From the human T2T-CHM13v2.0 reference genome, Homo sapiens: a stretch of 64,000 nucleotides of DNA. The notes beneath the pieces were generated by a model. The model was not told the origin of the DNA. It worked only from the letters and a program-made list of their open reading frames with translations, and ran no database searches. Positions 12,885-24,839 of the stretch are shown in pieces; the stretch's first letter is position 1, and the number at the start of each line of letters is the position of its first letter. A program made the position numbers and the translations under genes. The stretch is taken from NCBI RefSeq assembly GCF_009914755.1, contig NC_060928.1; one strand, given 5' to 3'.

Positions 12885-13954
12885 TGTCAGGGAATCTGCC
12901 CCAATATTCACATAGGTTCTTTTCTATTTTCCTTAAGCGTCAGCCAGCTTGAGAAATAAAGGGACAGAGTACAAAAGAGAGAAATTTTAAAGCTGGGCAT
13001 CCGGGGGAGACATCACAGGTTGGTAGGTTCCGTGATGCCTCACAAGCCGCAAAAACCAGCAAGTTTTTATTAGGGATTTTCAAAAGGGGAGGAAGTGTGT
13101 GAATAGGTATGGGTCACAGACATCAAGTACTTTACAAGGTAATAGAATATCACGAGGCAAGTGGAGGCAGGGCGAGATCACAGGACCACAGGACTGGGGC
13201 GAAATTAAAATTGCTAATGAAGTTTCGGGCACCATTGTCATTGATAACATCTTATCAGGAGACAGGGTTTTGAGAGCAACTGGTCTGACCAAAATTATTA
13301 GGCGGGAATTTTCTCTTCCTAATAAGCCTGGGAGCGCTATGGGAGTCTGGGGTCTATTTCACCCCTGCAGTCTCGACCATAAGAGACAGGCACACCTGGG
13401 GGGGCCGTTTATAGACCTATACCTCCAGGCATGTATTCTCTTTCCCAGGGATGTTCCTTGCTGAGAAAAAGAATTCAGTGATATTTCTCCCATTTGCTTT
13501 TGAAAGAAGAGAAATATGGCTCTGTTCCGCCTAGCTCACCAGCAGTCAGAGTTTAAGGTTATCTCTCTTATTCCCTTAACAATTGCTGTTATCCTGTTCT
13601 TTTTTCAAGGTGCCCAGATTTCATGTTGCTCAAACACACATGCTGTACAATTTGTGCAGTTAATGCAATTATCACATGGTCCTGAGGTGACATACATCCT
13701 CCTCAGCTGATAGGATTAAGAGATTAAAGTAAAGACAGGCATAGGAAATCACAAGCGTATTGATTGGGGAAGTGATAAGTGTCCATGAAATCTTCACAGT
13801 TTATGTTTAGAGATTGCAATAAAGACAGGCATAAGAAATTATAAAAGTATTAATTTGGGGAACTAATAAATGTCCATGAAATCTTCACAATCCATGTTCT
13901 TCTGCCATGGCTTCAGCCAGTCCCTCTGTTTGGGGTCTCTGACTTCCCGCAACA
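12885..13954 (-). mobile_element. MER11 solo LTR (HERV-K11/HML-8; MER11C-like)
   Basis: Reverse complement begins TGTTGCGGGAAGTCAGAGACCCCAAACAGAGGGACTGGCTGAAGCCATGGCAGAAGAAC; 1070 bp; perfect 6-bp TSD CTTTCT (12879-12884 / 13955-13960), as expected for betaretrovirus-like integrase. Confidence 0.93.
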
Positions 13955-16900
13955 CTTTCTCTTGCCTGATTGCTCTGGCTGGGACTTCCAGTACTATGTT
14001 GAATAGAAGAGATGAAAGTGGACATCCTTGTCTTGTTCCAGTTCTCAGAAGGAATGCTTTTAACTTTTCCCCAGTCAGTATAATGTTGGCTGTGGGTCTG
14101 TCACTAATGGCTTTTATTACCTTGAAGTATGTCCTTTCTATTTCAATTTTGCTGAAGGTTTTAGTCATAAAGTGATGTTGGATTTTGTCAAATGCTTTTT
14201 CTGCATCTATTGAGATAACCATATAGTTTTTGTTTTTAATTCTGTTTATGTGTCACATTTATTGACTTGCATATATTAAACTATCCCTGGTTTAACATAT
14301 GGTGGATTATCTTTTTGATATGCTGTTAGATTTGGTTAGGTATTTTGTTGAGGATTTTTGCATCTATGCTCATCAGGGATATTGGTTTGTGGTTTTCATT
14401 TTTTGTTATGTCTTTTCTTGATTTTGGTATTAAGGTGATACTGGCTTCAGCCTCTTTCTCTATCTTTTGCAATAGTTTCAGGAAGATTGGTACCAATTCT
14501 TCTGTGAATGTCTGAAATAATTCAGCTGTTAATCCATCTGGTCCTCGACTTCTTTGTTGGCAATTATTAAATTACTGTTTTAACCTTGTTACTTGTTTTT
14601 GGTCTGTTCAGAGTTTCTATTTCTTCCTGACTTAATCTAAGAAGGTTGTGTATTTCCAGTAATTTATCCATCTTCTCTAGATTTTCTAGTTTGTGTGAAC
14701 AAAGGTGTTCATGGTAGCCTTGAATGATCTTTTGTATTTCTGTGGTTTTGGTTGTAATATCTCCCATTTCATTTCTAATTGAGCTTATTTGGGCCTTCTT
14801 TCTTCTTTTTTTGGTCTATTAATTTGGTTTATCAATTTGGTTTATCTTTTCAAAGAACCAGCTTTTTGTTTAATTTATCTTTTGTATTTTTTGTTTCAAT
14901 TTCATTTAGTCCTGCTCTGATCTTTGTTATTTCTTTTCTTCTGCTGGGTTTGGGTTTGGTTTGTTCTTGTTTCTCTAGCTCCTTGAGATGTGACCTTAGA
15001 TTGTCTATTTGTGCTCTTTCAGACTTTTTGATGTAGGCATTAAATACTATGAACTTTCCTTTTAGCACCACTTTTGCTGTTTCCAAGAGGTTTTGATAAG
15101 TTGTGTCACTATTATTGTTCAAATAATTTTTAAATTTCCATCTTGATTTCATTGATGACTCAAAGATCATTCAGGAGAGGATTATTTAATTTCCATGTAT
15201 TTATATAGTTGTGAGGGTTCCTTTTGGAGTTATTTTCCAATTTTATTCTACTGTGGTCTGAGAGGGTACCTGATATAATTTCAGTTTTCTTAAATTTATT
15301 GAGACTTGTTTTGTGGCCTATTATATGGTCTGTCATAGAGAGTGTTCCATGTGCTGATGAGAAGAATGGATATTCTACAGTTGTTGGGTAGAATGTTCTG
15401 TATATACCTGTTAAGTTCATTTGTTCTAGGGTATAGTTTAAGTCCATTGTTTCTTTACTGATGTTCTGTCTTGATGACCTGTCTAGTGCTGTCAGCGGAG
15501 TATTGAAGTCCCCCACTATTATTGTGTTGCCATCTATCTCATTTGTTATATCTAGTAATAATTGTTTAATAAATTTCAGACCTTCCATGTCAGGTGCATA
15601 TATATTTAGGATTGTGATATTTTCCTGTTGGACTACTCCTTTTATCATTATGTAATATCTCTCTTTGTCTTTTTTACCTGTTGTTGAATTAAAGTCTGTT
15701 TTGTCTGATATAAGAATAGCAACTCCTGCTCACTTTTGGTTTTCATTTGCATGCAATATCTTTTTCCACCCCTTTACCTTATATTTAAATGAGTCCTTAT
15801 ACATTAGATGAGTATCTTGAAGACAATAGATAAGGTACTTGGTTGGTGGATTTTTATCCATTCTGCTAGTCTGTATCTTTCAAGTGGAGCATTTAGGCCA
15901 TTTACATTCAATGATAGTATTGAGATGTGAGGTATTATTTTATACATCATTCTCGTTGTTGGCTAAATATCTTTTTTTTCATTGTGTTATTGTTTTATAG
16001 GTCCTGTGAGATTTATGCTTTAAAGAGGTTCTAGTTTGGTGTATTTCAAGGTTTTGAGTTCAGAATTTTTTGTAGTGCTGACTTGGTAGTGGCAAATTGT
16101 CTCAGCATTTGTTTTTCTGAAAAAGACTTTATCTGTCCTTAATTTATGAAGCTTAGTTTTTCTGGATACAAAATTCTTGGCTGGCAATTATTTTGTTTGA
16201 GGAAGCTAAGGATAGGGCCCCAATCCCTTGTGGCTTGTAGAGTTTCTGTTGAGGAATCTGCTATTAATCTGATAGGTTTTCCTTTATACGTTACCTGATG
16301 CTTTTGCCTCACAGCTCTTAAGATTCTTTCCTTTGTCTTTACTTTAGATAACCTGATGACAATGTGCCTGGGTGATGATCTTTTTGTGATGAATTTCCTA
16401 GGTGTTCTTTGAACTTTTTTTATTTGAATGTCTAGCTCTCTAGTGAGGCCAGAGAAGTTTTCCTCAATTATTCCCTCACATATGTTTTCCAAAGTTTTAG
16501 ATTTCTCTTCTGCCTCAGGAACACTCATTGTTCTTAGGTTTGTCCATTTAACATAATCCAAAATTTCTTGGAGGCTTTGTTCATTTTTTTAAATTCTTTT
16601 TTCTTTGTCTGTGTCTGATTGGGTTAATTCAAAAGCCTTGTCTTAGGGCTCTGAAGTTCTTTCTTCTACTGGTTCGATTCTATTGTTGAAATTTTCCAGT
16701 GTATTTTGTATTTCTCAAAATGTGTCTTTCATTTCCAGAAGTTGTGATTGTTTTTTATTTATGATATCTATTTATCTGGAACATCTTTTGTCCATATCCT
16801 GTATTGTTTTCTAAGTTTATTTAAGTTGGTTTTCACCTTTCTCTGCTATCTTGAGTAGCTTAATAATCAACCTTCTGAATTCTTTATCTGGCAATTCTGA

Positions 16901-18635
16901 GATTTCTTCTTGCTTTGGATTCATTGCTGGGGAGCTAATTAGTCTTTTGGGAGTGCTACAGAACCTCGTTATCAGAGTTGCTTTACAGATTTCTCCTCAT
17001 TTGGGTAGACTAGTTCAGTGGAAAACCTGGAACTCAAGAGCCGCTGTTCAGATTTTTTTTTGTCCCATGGGGTGATCCCTTAATGTGGTGCACTCCCCTT
17101 TCCCCTAGGGATGGGGCTTCCTGGGAGCAAGACTGCAGTGATTGTTATTGTTCTTCTGGGTCTAGCCACCCAGTGTGGCTACCAGGCCCTGCCTGGTGCT
17201 GGCAAATGTCTGTAAAGAGTCCTGTGCTGCGATCCATCTTCAGGTCTGTCAGCCTGAAGAGGTCTGACAGCCATCTTCAGGTCTGTCAGCAGGTCTGCAC
17301 CTGCTCTGGTGGAGGTGGCAGGGGAGTGAAGTAGACTCTGTGAAAGTTGTTGGTTGTAGATATGTTTTGTGTGCTGTCTTTCTAAAATGCTGGTTATGCT
17401 AGAAGTGAAATTGCCACGTGGAAAGATGCAGGACCACTGGTTAGCCAAGATGTTGCAGGCAGTGTAATTAGCTGCCATTTTCTCTTTCCTTGGAGGAGGG
17501 TTATTCTGTCATGAGTTGCTATAATGTCTTAAGTTGATTGGCCTCCAGCCAGGAGGTGGCACTTCAGAGAGAGCACCAGCTGCAATAGTAGAAGAGAGAT
17601 ATAAGCTTGCTCTAAGTTGGCCAGGATAAGTATTTGGGTTTCTCAGGGTGATGAGTGGGTTCATAAAGCTCCCAAGAGTTTATGTCTTTTGTGATAGGCT
17701 ACCAGGGGAGGTAGAGAAATACCATCAGACAGGGGCAGGTTTAGGCGGGTCTGAGCTCAGACTCTCTTTGGGTGGGGCTTGCCTTGGCCACTGTTGGGGA
17801 TGGAGGGGTGGCTCTTAGGCCAATGGGGTTATGTTCTAGAGGGAATTATGGCTGCCTCTGTTGCCAGGGAAGTAGGGGGAAGCCAATACCAATAGGTCTC
17901 GCCGAGCTCTCACAGAGTTTATGTGACCAGTCTCACTCCTGCAGTGCCTTGCTAACAGCACCAAGTTTATCTCCAGGCAGCCTGCAGGGAGAGACTCAGA
18001 CCTAGCCCCAGCCTATATGTTTCCCTGCTGACAGGCCATGCCCATCCCTGTCTGCCCACACTGTTGGCTGCATCTCCTGCTTTCCTTTCTGCCGCTTTTC
18101 CTGTTCATTCCCAAATTTTGCTCAAGAGAGTTTGTGCCCAGTCTAAATTATTGCAAAGTTCCATTGGAAGCTTCATTCACCATGTGACTCCCTCCAAAAT
18201 TCCACCACCTGCCTTCCCTGAGAGCCCCTGTGAGATACAGTCAGGGATAATGTCTTTGGGCTCAAGCTGGAGAATAGGAGTGCCTACAAGTCTCTTCCCA
18301 CTACTGCTTCTACTTTTGTATTTCATGCCTGATTTGTTCCAACTCTAGGTAAGGTTAAATCCGTCTCCCATAATCTGTACTTTCAGGTTCTGCAGTGGGG
18401 TTGTGTGTTCAGAGGCAGGTTTTCCTCCTCTCACACTTTGGGAACTCAATTTTTCACCTGTCTCAGCAGCTTGCTGCTTCTTTCAAAGGATCTGTGATTT
18501 CTTTCAGTTTTCCTGGTATGCTCCTGCAGTGGTTCCTGAAGCAAAAGTCTGTGGTGTGAGTCTCCACATATCGTTCTGTTCATCCACGTGAGAGCTGCAT
18601 GTTAGCCCTGTCTTCTATCTGCCATCTTCCCTCCA

Positions 18636-21205
18636 TTTTGTGTTTTGATGTCACATTTACATCTTTTTATATTGTGTATCACTAACAAATTATTGCAGCT
18701 ATTATTAGTTTTGTCTTTTAACCTTTTTACCAAAGATGTAAATGATTTACATACCACCATTACGGTATTAGAGTATTCTGAATTTGACTGTGTTCTTACA
18801 TTTATCAGTGAGTTTTATACTTCCATATATTTTTGTGTTACTAATTAGCATCATTATCTTTCAGCTTGAAGAACTCTCTTTAGCATTTCTTGTAAGATAA
18901 GATTGGTGATAATAAACTCCCTCAACCTTTGTCTGAGAAAGTATCTTGCCTTCATTTCTGAGGGATAACTTAGGCAGGTATAGTATTCTTGGTAGGTAAT
19001 TTTTTTCTTTTAACTCTTTGAATATATTATTCCACTCTCTCCTGACTGTCAGGTTTCTGCTGAGAAATCCACTGCTAGCCTTACTGGAACTTCCTTATGT
19101 GTTACTTACTTCTTTTGCTGCTACCAGGTTCCTCTCTTTATCTTTGATTTTTGACAGTTTGATTACATGTCTTAGAGTAGTCTTATTTGAATTGATTCCA
19201 GTTGAAGACTTCTGATCTTCCTTTAACTGGATATTTATGTCTTTCCTTATATTTGGAAAGTTTTCTGCAATTATTTTTTAAAATAGGCTTTCTGGACCTT
19301 GGACTTTCTCTTCTCCTTAAACACGTATAATTCAAATATTTGTTCTTTTGGTGCTGTCTCATAAATCCCATGAGCTTTATTTCTTTTTTCTCCTCTGACT
19401 GTGTACTTTCAAATAACTTTTCTTTGAGTTCACATATTTTTTTCTTTGCTCAATCAATTCTGCTGTTGATGTTTTTCTATTGCATTTTTTATTTCATTCA
19501 TTGTCTTTTTAAGCTCTGTAATTTGGTTTTTAAATAATTTTATTCTTTCTGTTAAATTTTTCTTTTTGGTCATTTATGATTTTCCTTATTATGTTGGGTT
19601 GCTTCTCTGTATTTTCTTGATGTTTGCTGAGCTACCTTAAAAACAATTATTTTGAATTCCTTGTCAGGCAGTTCATAAACCTCCATTTCTTAAGGGTCAG
19701 TTACTGGAGTTTTATTTTGTTCCTTTGGTGGTATCATATTTCCCTGATTATTCTTGAACCCTGTGGCTGTATGTTGGTGTCTGTGCATTTGAAGAGTGGT
19801 GGCTTATTCCAGTTTTTGCAAACTGGATTTTTCTGGGAAAGACCTTCAGTAGTTAGCCCATCTAGAGATTCTGGGTAGGCCACCTGGCATGGTCTCTGGG
19901 CAGGCTTGCTTAGTGTCTGGGTCAGCAGGTGCACAGACCTATCTCTCAGATCCACAAGATTGAGCCTGCAGCCTGTGTCCATGGGGTTGGCCTGTGATAT
20001 ATGCCCCTGTACTGGGGTAGGCCTAGAGCCTGAGTTCATAGGGGTGGGTGTGGGTCCACAGGGGCTGCCCTGGAGTCTGTGTCTGCAGGGGTGGTCCTGG
20101 AGCCTGAGTTCATGGAGGTGGGTCTGCCATGGAGTCTATATCTGCAAGGGTGTTCCTGGAGCCACAGTCCATAGGGGCCAGTCTGGCACTGGAATCTATT
20201 GGAGTGGGTCCGTATCTTGTGCCTTCTGGAGCCTTGATCGACAAGGACCAGCCTGGAGACTGAAAGTGGTGTAGTGCTAGGTCAGACATGGAGCCTGGGT
20301 CCAACAGGGCCATCTTGAACCTAGGATCCCAGGTGCTGGTCTGGAGCATGGGCTTGAGGGGGCCAGCTTGGAGGATGGGAATGCAGGTTCTGGCCTAAAG
20401 CTAGTTCTTCAAGACTGGCCTGAGTCCTGGGACCATGGGGGCTTACATGAAACCTGAGTTCAGAGGGGTGGTCCTGGAGCCTTGATCCATGGGCACTGGC
20501 TCAGCACTGTGGTCTACTGGGATGGGTCTGCTGGACCCCAGGTCTGTTGGAGTGTAGGGGCACAGGTGCTAGCCTAGAGAGTAGGGCTACAGGGAACAAT
20601 CTGACACTAGGCAGACCTGGATCTTGAGGCCAGGGGTGCTAAACTGGCAGTGGGGAAGATGAAGTTTAGGGATGCGAGGGCCAGTTCACTGCTGGAGGCT
20701 ATTGGGAACCAGGGGCCACCAGGGTTAGCCTCTTGTTCGTGTGTGCCTAGAAACTGAGTCTGCCAGGCAAGCCTGGAGCCTGGGGCTAGAGGATCTACCC
20801 TGGTGCTGGGCAGGTCTGGAGGCTCAGCTCATGGATACTAGCCTAGAGTCTAAAGTCATGGGGACTCGCCCAACATTGGGTTTTACTGGATCTGTCCCAG
20901 GGTTGGGGCCCAAGGCAAAGGCTGATGCTCACATTCCTCTCCTTTCCCCACACAGAGGGTACCTCTCTCCAAGCTGTGATGCCTGGGGTTGGGGGAGGAG
21001 TGATGCAGGTGATATAAAACTATCTTTCCTACCTTCTTGGATGCATCTTTTCTTATTTCTGTGCTATTCCCAGGTGCTGTAATCTCTCACCTGGTTTCCT
21101 TAGCTCTTGTGAAAATAGTGTTATGCATAGATAGTTGTTTAAATTGATGTTTCTGTGAGGGCACAAGTGTTAGAAAGTCATATTCTGTCACCTTGTTCAC
21201 ATCCA
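18636..21205 (-). mobile_element. Old L1M 5' portion (ORF1 remnant plus GC-rich repetitive 5'UTR)
   Basis: ORF1-like decay 18900-19700, reiterated ggagcctg/ggggtggtcctgg units 19900-20920, terminus tattctgtcaccttgttcacatcc similar to L1M 5' ends. Confidence 0.75.
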
Positions 21206-22062
21206 GATGGAGAATGGATCTAAATATTTCTGTATACAATCCTTTCTGCATAGAATACTTTCTGCATAGAAAAAAATCATCTGTCTAGTCTAGTAGGTTA
21301 CCAGGAGGTTTTTTTGGCTCATAAATTGATACCCTTTATTCAACTGTATCCATTTAGCAGATCCAAGCTATGACATTGAGAAAGGAATCTGTAAAGAGGT
21401 CACAGAGCAAAATCTTAGAGTCCAACTAAAGTCTTGTCTGTGAAATTTCCACCCTGACAATGTCATCATACTGTGTACAGCTCTATATCCTCTCCACCAG
21501 ATCTTTTCCCAAACACTAATATAATTACCAGAGGAAGAAATGAGCACAGGAGACATCTGGAGAAACTCAGAAACCTGAAGGTGAGAGACTGCTTGTTACA
21601 CCTCCTCCTACATGATGTATTCTAGACTGAAGTTTTAGAGTGTCTCTTACAGCAAAAGTGTTATTTAATCAAATTACCCCTTCACCAATTCAGTTTCAAA
21701 ATAACTGAATATTTAATTAATTCTCCAGAGGGATCTAAAATATGCAGTTTCTGAATTGATTAGTGAGTAAAAATTTTATGTTTTTTCTGTAATTCTAACC
21801 TCATTGAACTCAAACTAAATGCCCCTAAATGCTATCAATCTAAAGGATATTCGAATGTTAGAGCTGAATATTAAGAACATCTATAGGACCATGGGCTTCT
21901 AATAGCACCCACCCTGTTTTCACAATTAAGCTGTACCTGAAGTTAAAGGAGAGGGAACTATTCATAATGTGTAATTTTATAAAAATATTTAATTAAGCAT
22001 TTGTAAATGCTAGGTCACAGTCAAATTTTTAAAAGCTATTTCGTGGGTATATTTAATGGTTA

Positions 22063-22587
22063 TGCTGTGGTTTGAATGTCCCTTCAAAAGTCATGTTGAA
22101 ACTTAATCCCCAATGTGACATTATTGAGAGGTGGGGCCTTTAAAAGGTGGTTGAATCATGAGGACAGACCCATTAACCCATGCTCTATTGGTCTGTCCTT
22201 GTGATTCAACCACCTTTTAAAGGCCCCACCTCTCTATAATGTCACATTGGGGAATAAGTTTATAATCCCCCTAATTATAAAGCCACCATAATGTCACATT
22301 ATGGATTAATATGTTAATGAATTAATAAGCTATTGTGGGTGGGGACCAGTGGTTTTATAGAAAGAGAAAGAGAGACCTGAACAAACATGTTCAGTCCTTA
22401 CCATATGTTTCCCCACACCACTTCGGGACTCTTCAGAGTCTCCACCAGCAAGAAGGCTCTCACCAGATGAAGCCCCTCAACCTGGGGCTCCTCAGCCTCC
22501 AGAACTGTAAGAAATAAAAGCATTTTTTAAAATAAATTACCCAGTTTCAGGTATTCTGTTATAAGCAAGAAAAAATGGACTAAGGCA
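22063..22587 (+). mobile_element. MST (MaLR, MSTB-like) solo LTR with internal inverted duplication
   Basis: TGCTGTGGTTTGAATGTCCC...cagcctccagaactgtaagaaataaa...ggactaaggCA. Confidence 0.9.
22099..22261. repeat. Inverted repeat, 72-bp arms, 19-nt spacer
   Basis: Arm1 22099-22170 vs reverse complement of arm2 22190-22261: 68/72 identical by manual alignment. Confidence 0.95.
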
Positions 22588-24301
22588 AGGTACTTGCTTA
22601 ATTCCACATGATAAAAATTCTGCAGCAGAAAAAAAAATAATATGTAGGTTCCACCTAACTGCAACTAAGCAATTAGAAAAACAAATCTCTTGTAGTTCTA
22701 AACACCCGAGAGGGGAAAAAAAGAAAGAAAGAAAAGGGAAAAAAACCAAATGTCTTAGTTAAAATACTGTGCAGCTCAAGGCTGATTACTTGTCTAACTA
22801 GAATGACAACAAACAAGGCATTTCAGGACAATCTTGAGAACAATTCGTGTATCAAAAAAGCCACCAATCGGGTATAAGGTTCTCCTTATTACGAGAAGTT
22901 ACAAAACAACCTCTGCTTTGACAGATACCCTTATGGCAATGGAAATGACAATGTGAGTGGCAAAGTCGACATAAGAATATACTCAGTAGCAAAATATGGG
23001 AAACAGTCTTTATTTCCTTAATCAAAACAGGAGTGGTTAAAGAGAGTCACAGATTATAACCAGGGCAAGGAGCACTAAAAAATGGGTCATAGGTGAGGTC
23101 ACCTCGATGGACCTTCAACATCGAAGTGGTCAGACAATTTTTCAACTCATTAAAATTTAAGCACATCACCCATCTACTTAAATAACAACAACAACAACAA
23201 ACCTTCCTAAAAATTAACATTTTCATACAAACGTTTGAATATGCACGTTCTTATTTGCAATATAGGACTCACCAGCTCTAAAAATAAAATCATGACAGCT
23301 CACAGTCTTTCATTGTACAGTGAACATCCTAGATTTACTCACACTCAAAACTCATTCGTCCTAAATTGTCAACCACCAAGAAAATTGTGTTTTGTTTAAA
23401 AATTTTCTTGAAAGATAAATAAAACTAATCTGGCCTGGCATTTCTCTGAGTCCTCTAGGTTTAGGGGACTGGGTGGAACCCAGTTGAGGCAGCAGTCAGT
23501 AGCATCTATACAAAAAGTAGTTCCAGCCAGTGAGGCAATTAATTACCCAGCACAGATGAAAGCAGCATAAACAAAAGAGAGAGAGACTCTCTTAAATAAG
23601 GAATCCAAGTTGTTAGCACAAGAATAACCAAAGCCGGTATGTCAAATGCAAGGGCCGAAAGGGAGATTTCTTAAAAGGGAAATGAGCCAGGAATTATGAG
23701 CAGAAGCAGGTGGTAAAGCACAATTTAAAACTAGCCAAGGTGAATTTTCACAACATAGGTGTGGTGCTGAGTGCTGTATACAGGGTAAAGATACAAGGCT
23801 GGACTGGGTGATGTAAAAACTCATTAAATAAATTGTCTGACTGGTATTTGTGAGAGAGTTTATATGCTGCAAAAATACCTAGTCATTTTGTTTACTCTCA
23901 AAATGCCACTTAGGAATTCAAGGTCAGGTTTAAATTTGCACTTTTCTTCCCTAAAGCAGATGGATGGGCAAGGTCTTCAGCACCAGTCTGGAATGCAGCT
24001 TATTCAGAAGCCCTGCTGTCATGCTTAAGGCAGCCCATTTTTTAAGGGGTGGCCAGCTGAGTAGGCATTTGTCAAGCAGAGAGCAGAAACAGAACAAGAT
24101 GCATGGAGGGAACATTAAGCACAAAATCAGGCCATGTGGCAATAAGCATGCCCTGCTGTGAAGCAATCTCAGCACCTGGGAGAAAGTGAGTCATTGTGAA
24201 TGCAGGGAGAAAAGACACAGAGCAGCAGATTTTGCAAACAGTGACCACAACCACCAAGCCCAGACTATGTTACAAATGGACTCTGAAAAGGACTGCATCA
24301 A

Positions 24302-24359
24302 ACACACACACACACACACACACACAGCACACACATGCAGCGTGCACACACACACACAC
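24302..24359. repeat. Interrupted (CA)n microsatellite
   Basis: Direct read. Confidence 0.92.
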
Positions 24360-24599
24360 GGGGTTTAACGCTCTTGCTGTAAGCACCTCTAACATATATC
24401 ACTAACAGAAAAGGAATGAAAGAGAAAAAACACTTTTTAATAATTATGTTTAATAGTCATATTGTCAAAGAAATTATCTCTACTTTAATGCTATTTTCTC
24501 TCTTTGGGTGTTCTGGATTTCTCCAAAAGCTGAAAAAAATATTTTTAAGTATAAATCAGCTATTATCAGGAAATTAGAATGATTTTCAGATGACGATTC

Positions 24600-24787
24600 T
24601 TTCTTTTTTCCTTCCTTTCTTTTTTTTTTTTTTTTTTTTTTGAGACAGGGTATTGTAATCTTGGAGACAGGGTATTGTAATCTTGCTATGTTGTCCAGGT
24701 TGGTCTCCAACTTTTGGGCTCAAGTGATCCTCCCACCTCAGTCTCCCAAGTAGCTGGGATTACAGGCATGTGCCACCATGCCTGGCT
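24600..24787 (-). mobile_element. Alu monomer (FLAM/AluJ-like) with 22-bp tandem duplication
   Basis: poly-T, (gagacagggtattgtaatcttg)x2, ctcaagtgatcctcccacctcag...catgcctggc. Confidence 0.85.
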
Positions 24788-24839
24788 TCCATTCCAGATT
24801 TCTAAGACTACTAGTTAGACAGGTAGATAATAAACTCTT

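Larger units (their letters stand above)
10457..18634 (-). mobile_element. LINE-1 L1PB (L1PB1-like), near full length, interrupted by THE1 and MER11 LTRs; inactive
   Basis: 3'UTR ttatttcagtagttttggggaacaggtgg; ORF2 fragments ([13 protein letters not shown] 11404-11730; [14 protein letters not shown]...GTRQGCPLS 13955-14222; endonuclease TIIVGDFNTPL, SDHS 15160-15648); ORF1 fragment 16139-16561; 5' end atctgccatcttccctcc. Confidence 0.93.

Noticed and set aside
13730-13895. Direct repeats (taaagacaggcata.gaaat; tgtccatgaaatcttcaca)
   Set aside because: Intrinsic internal repeats of the MER11 LTR consensus, not a locus-specific structure
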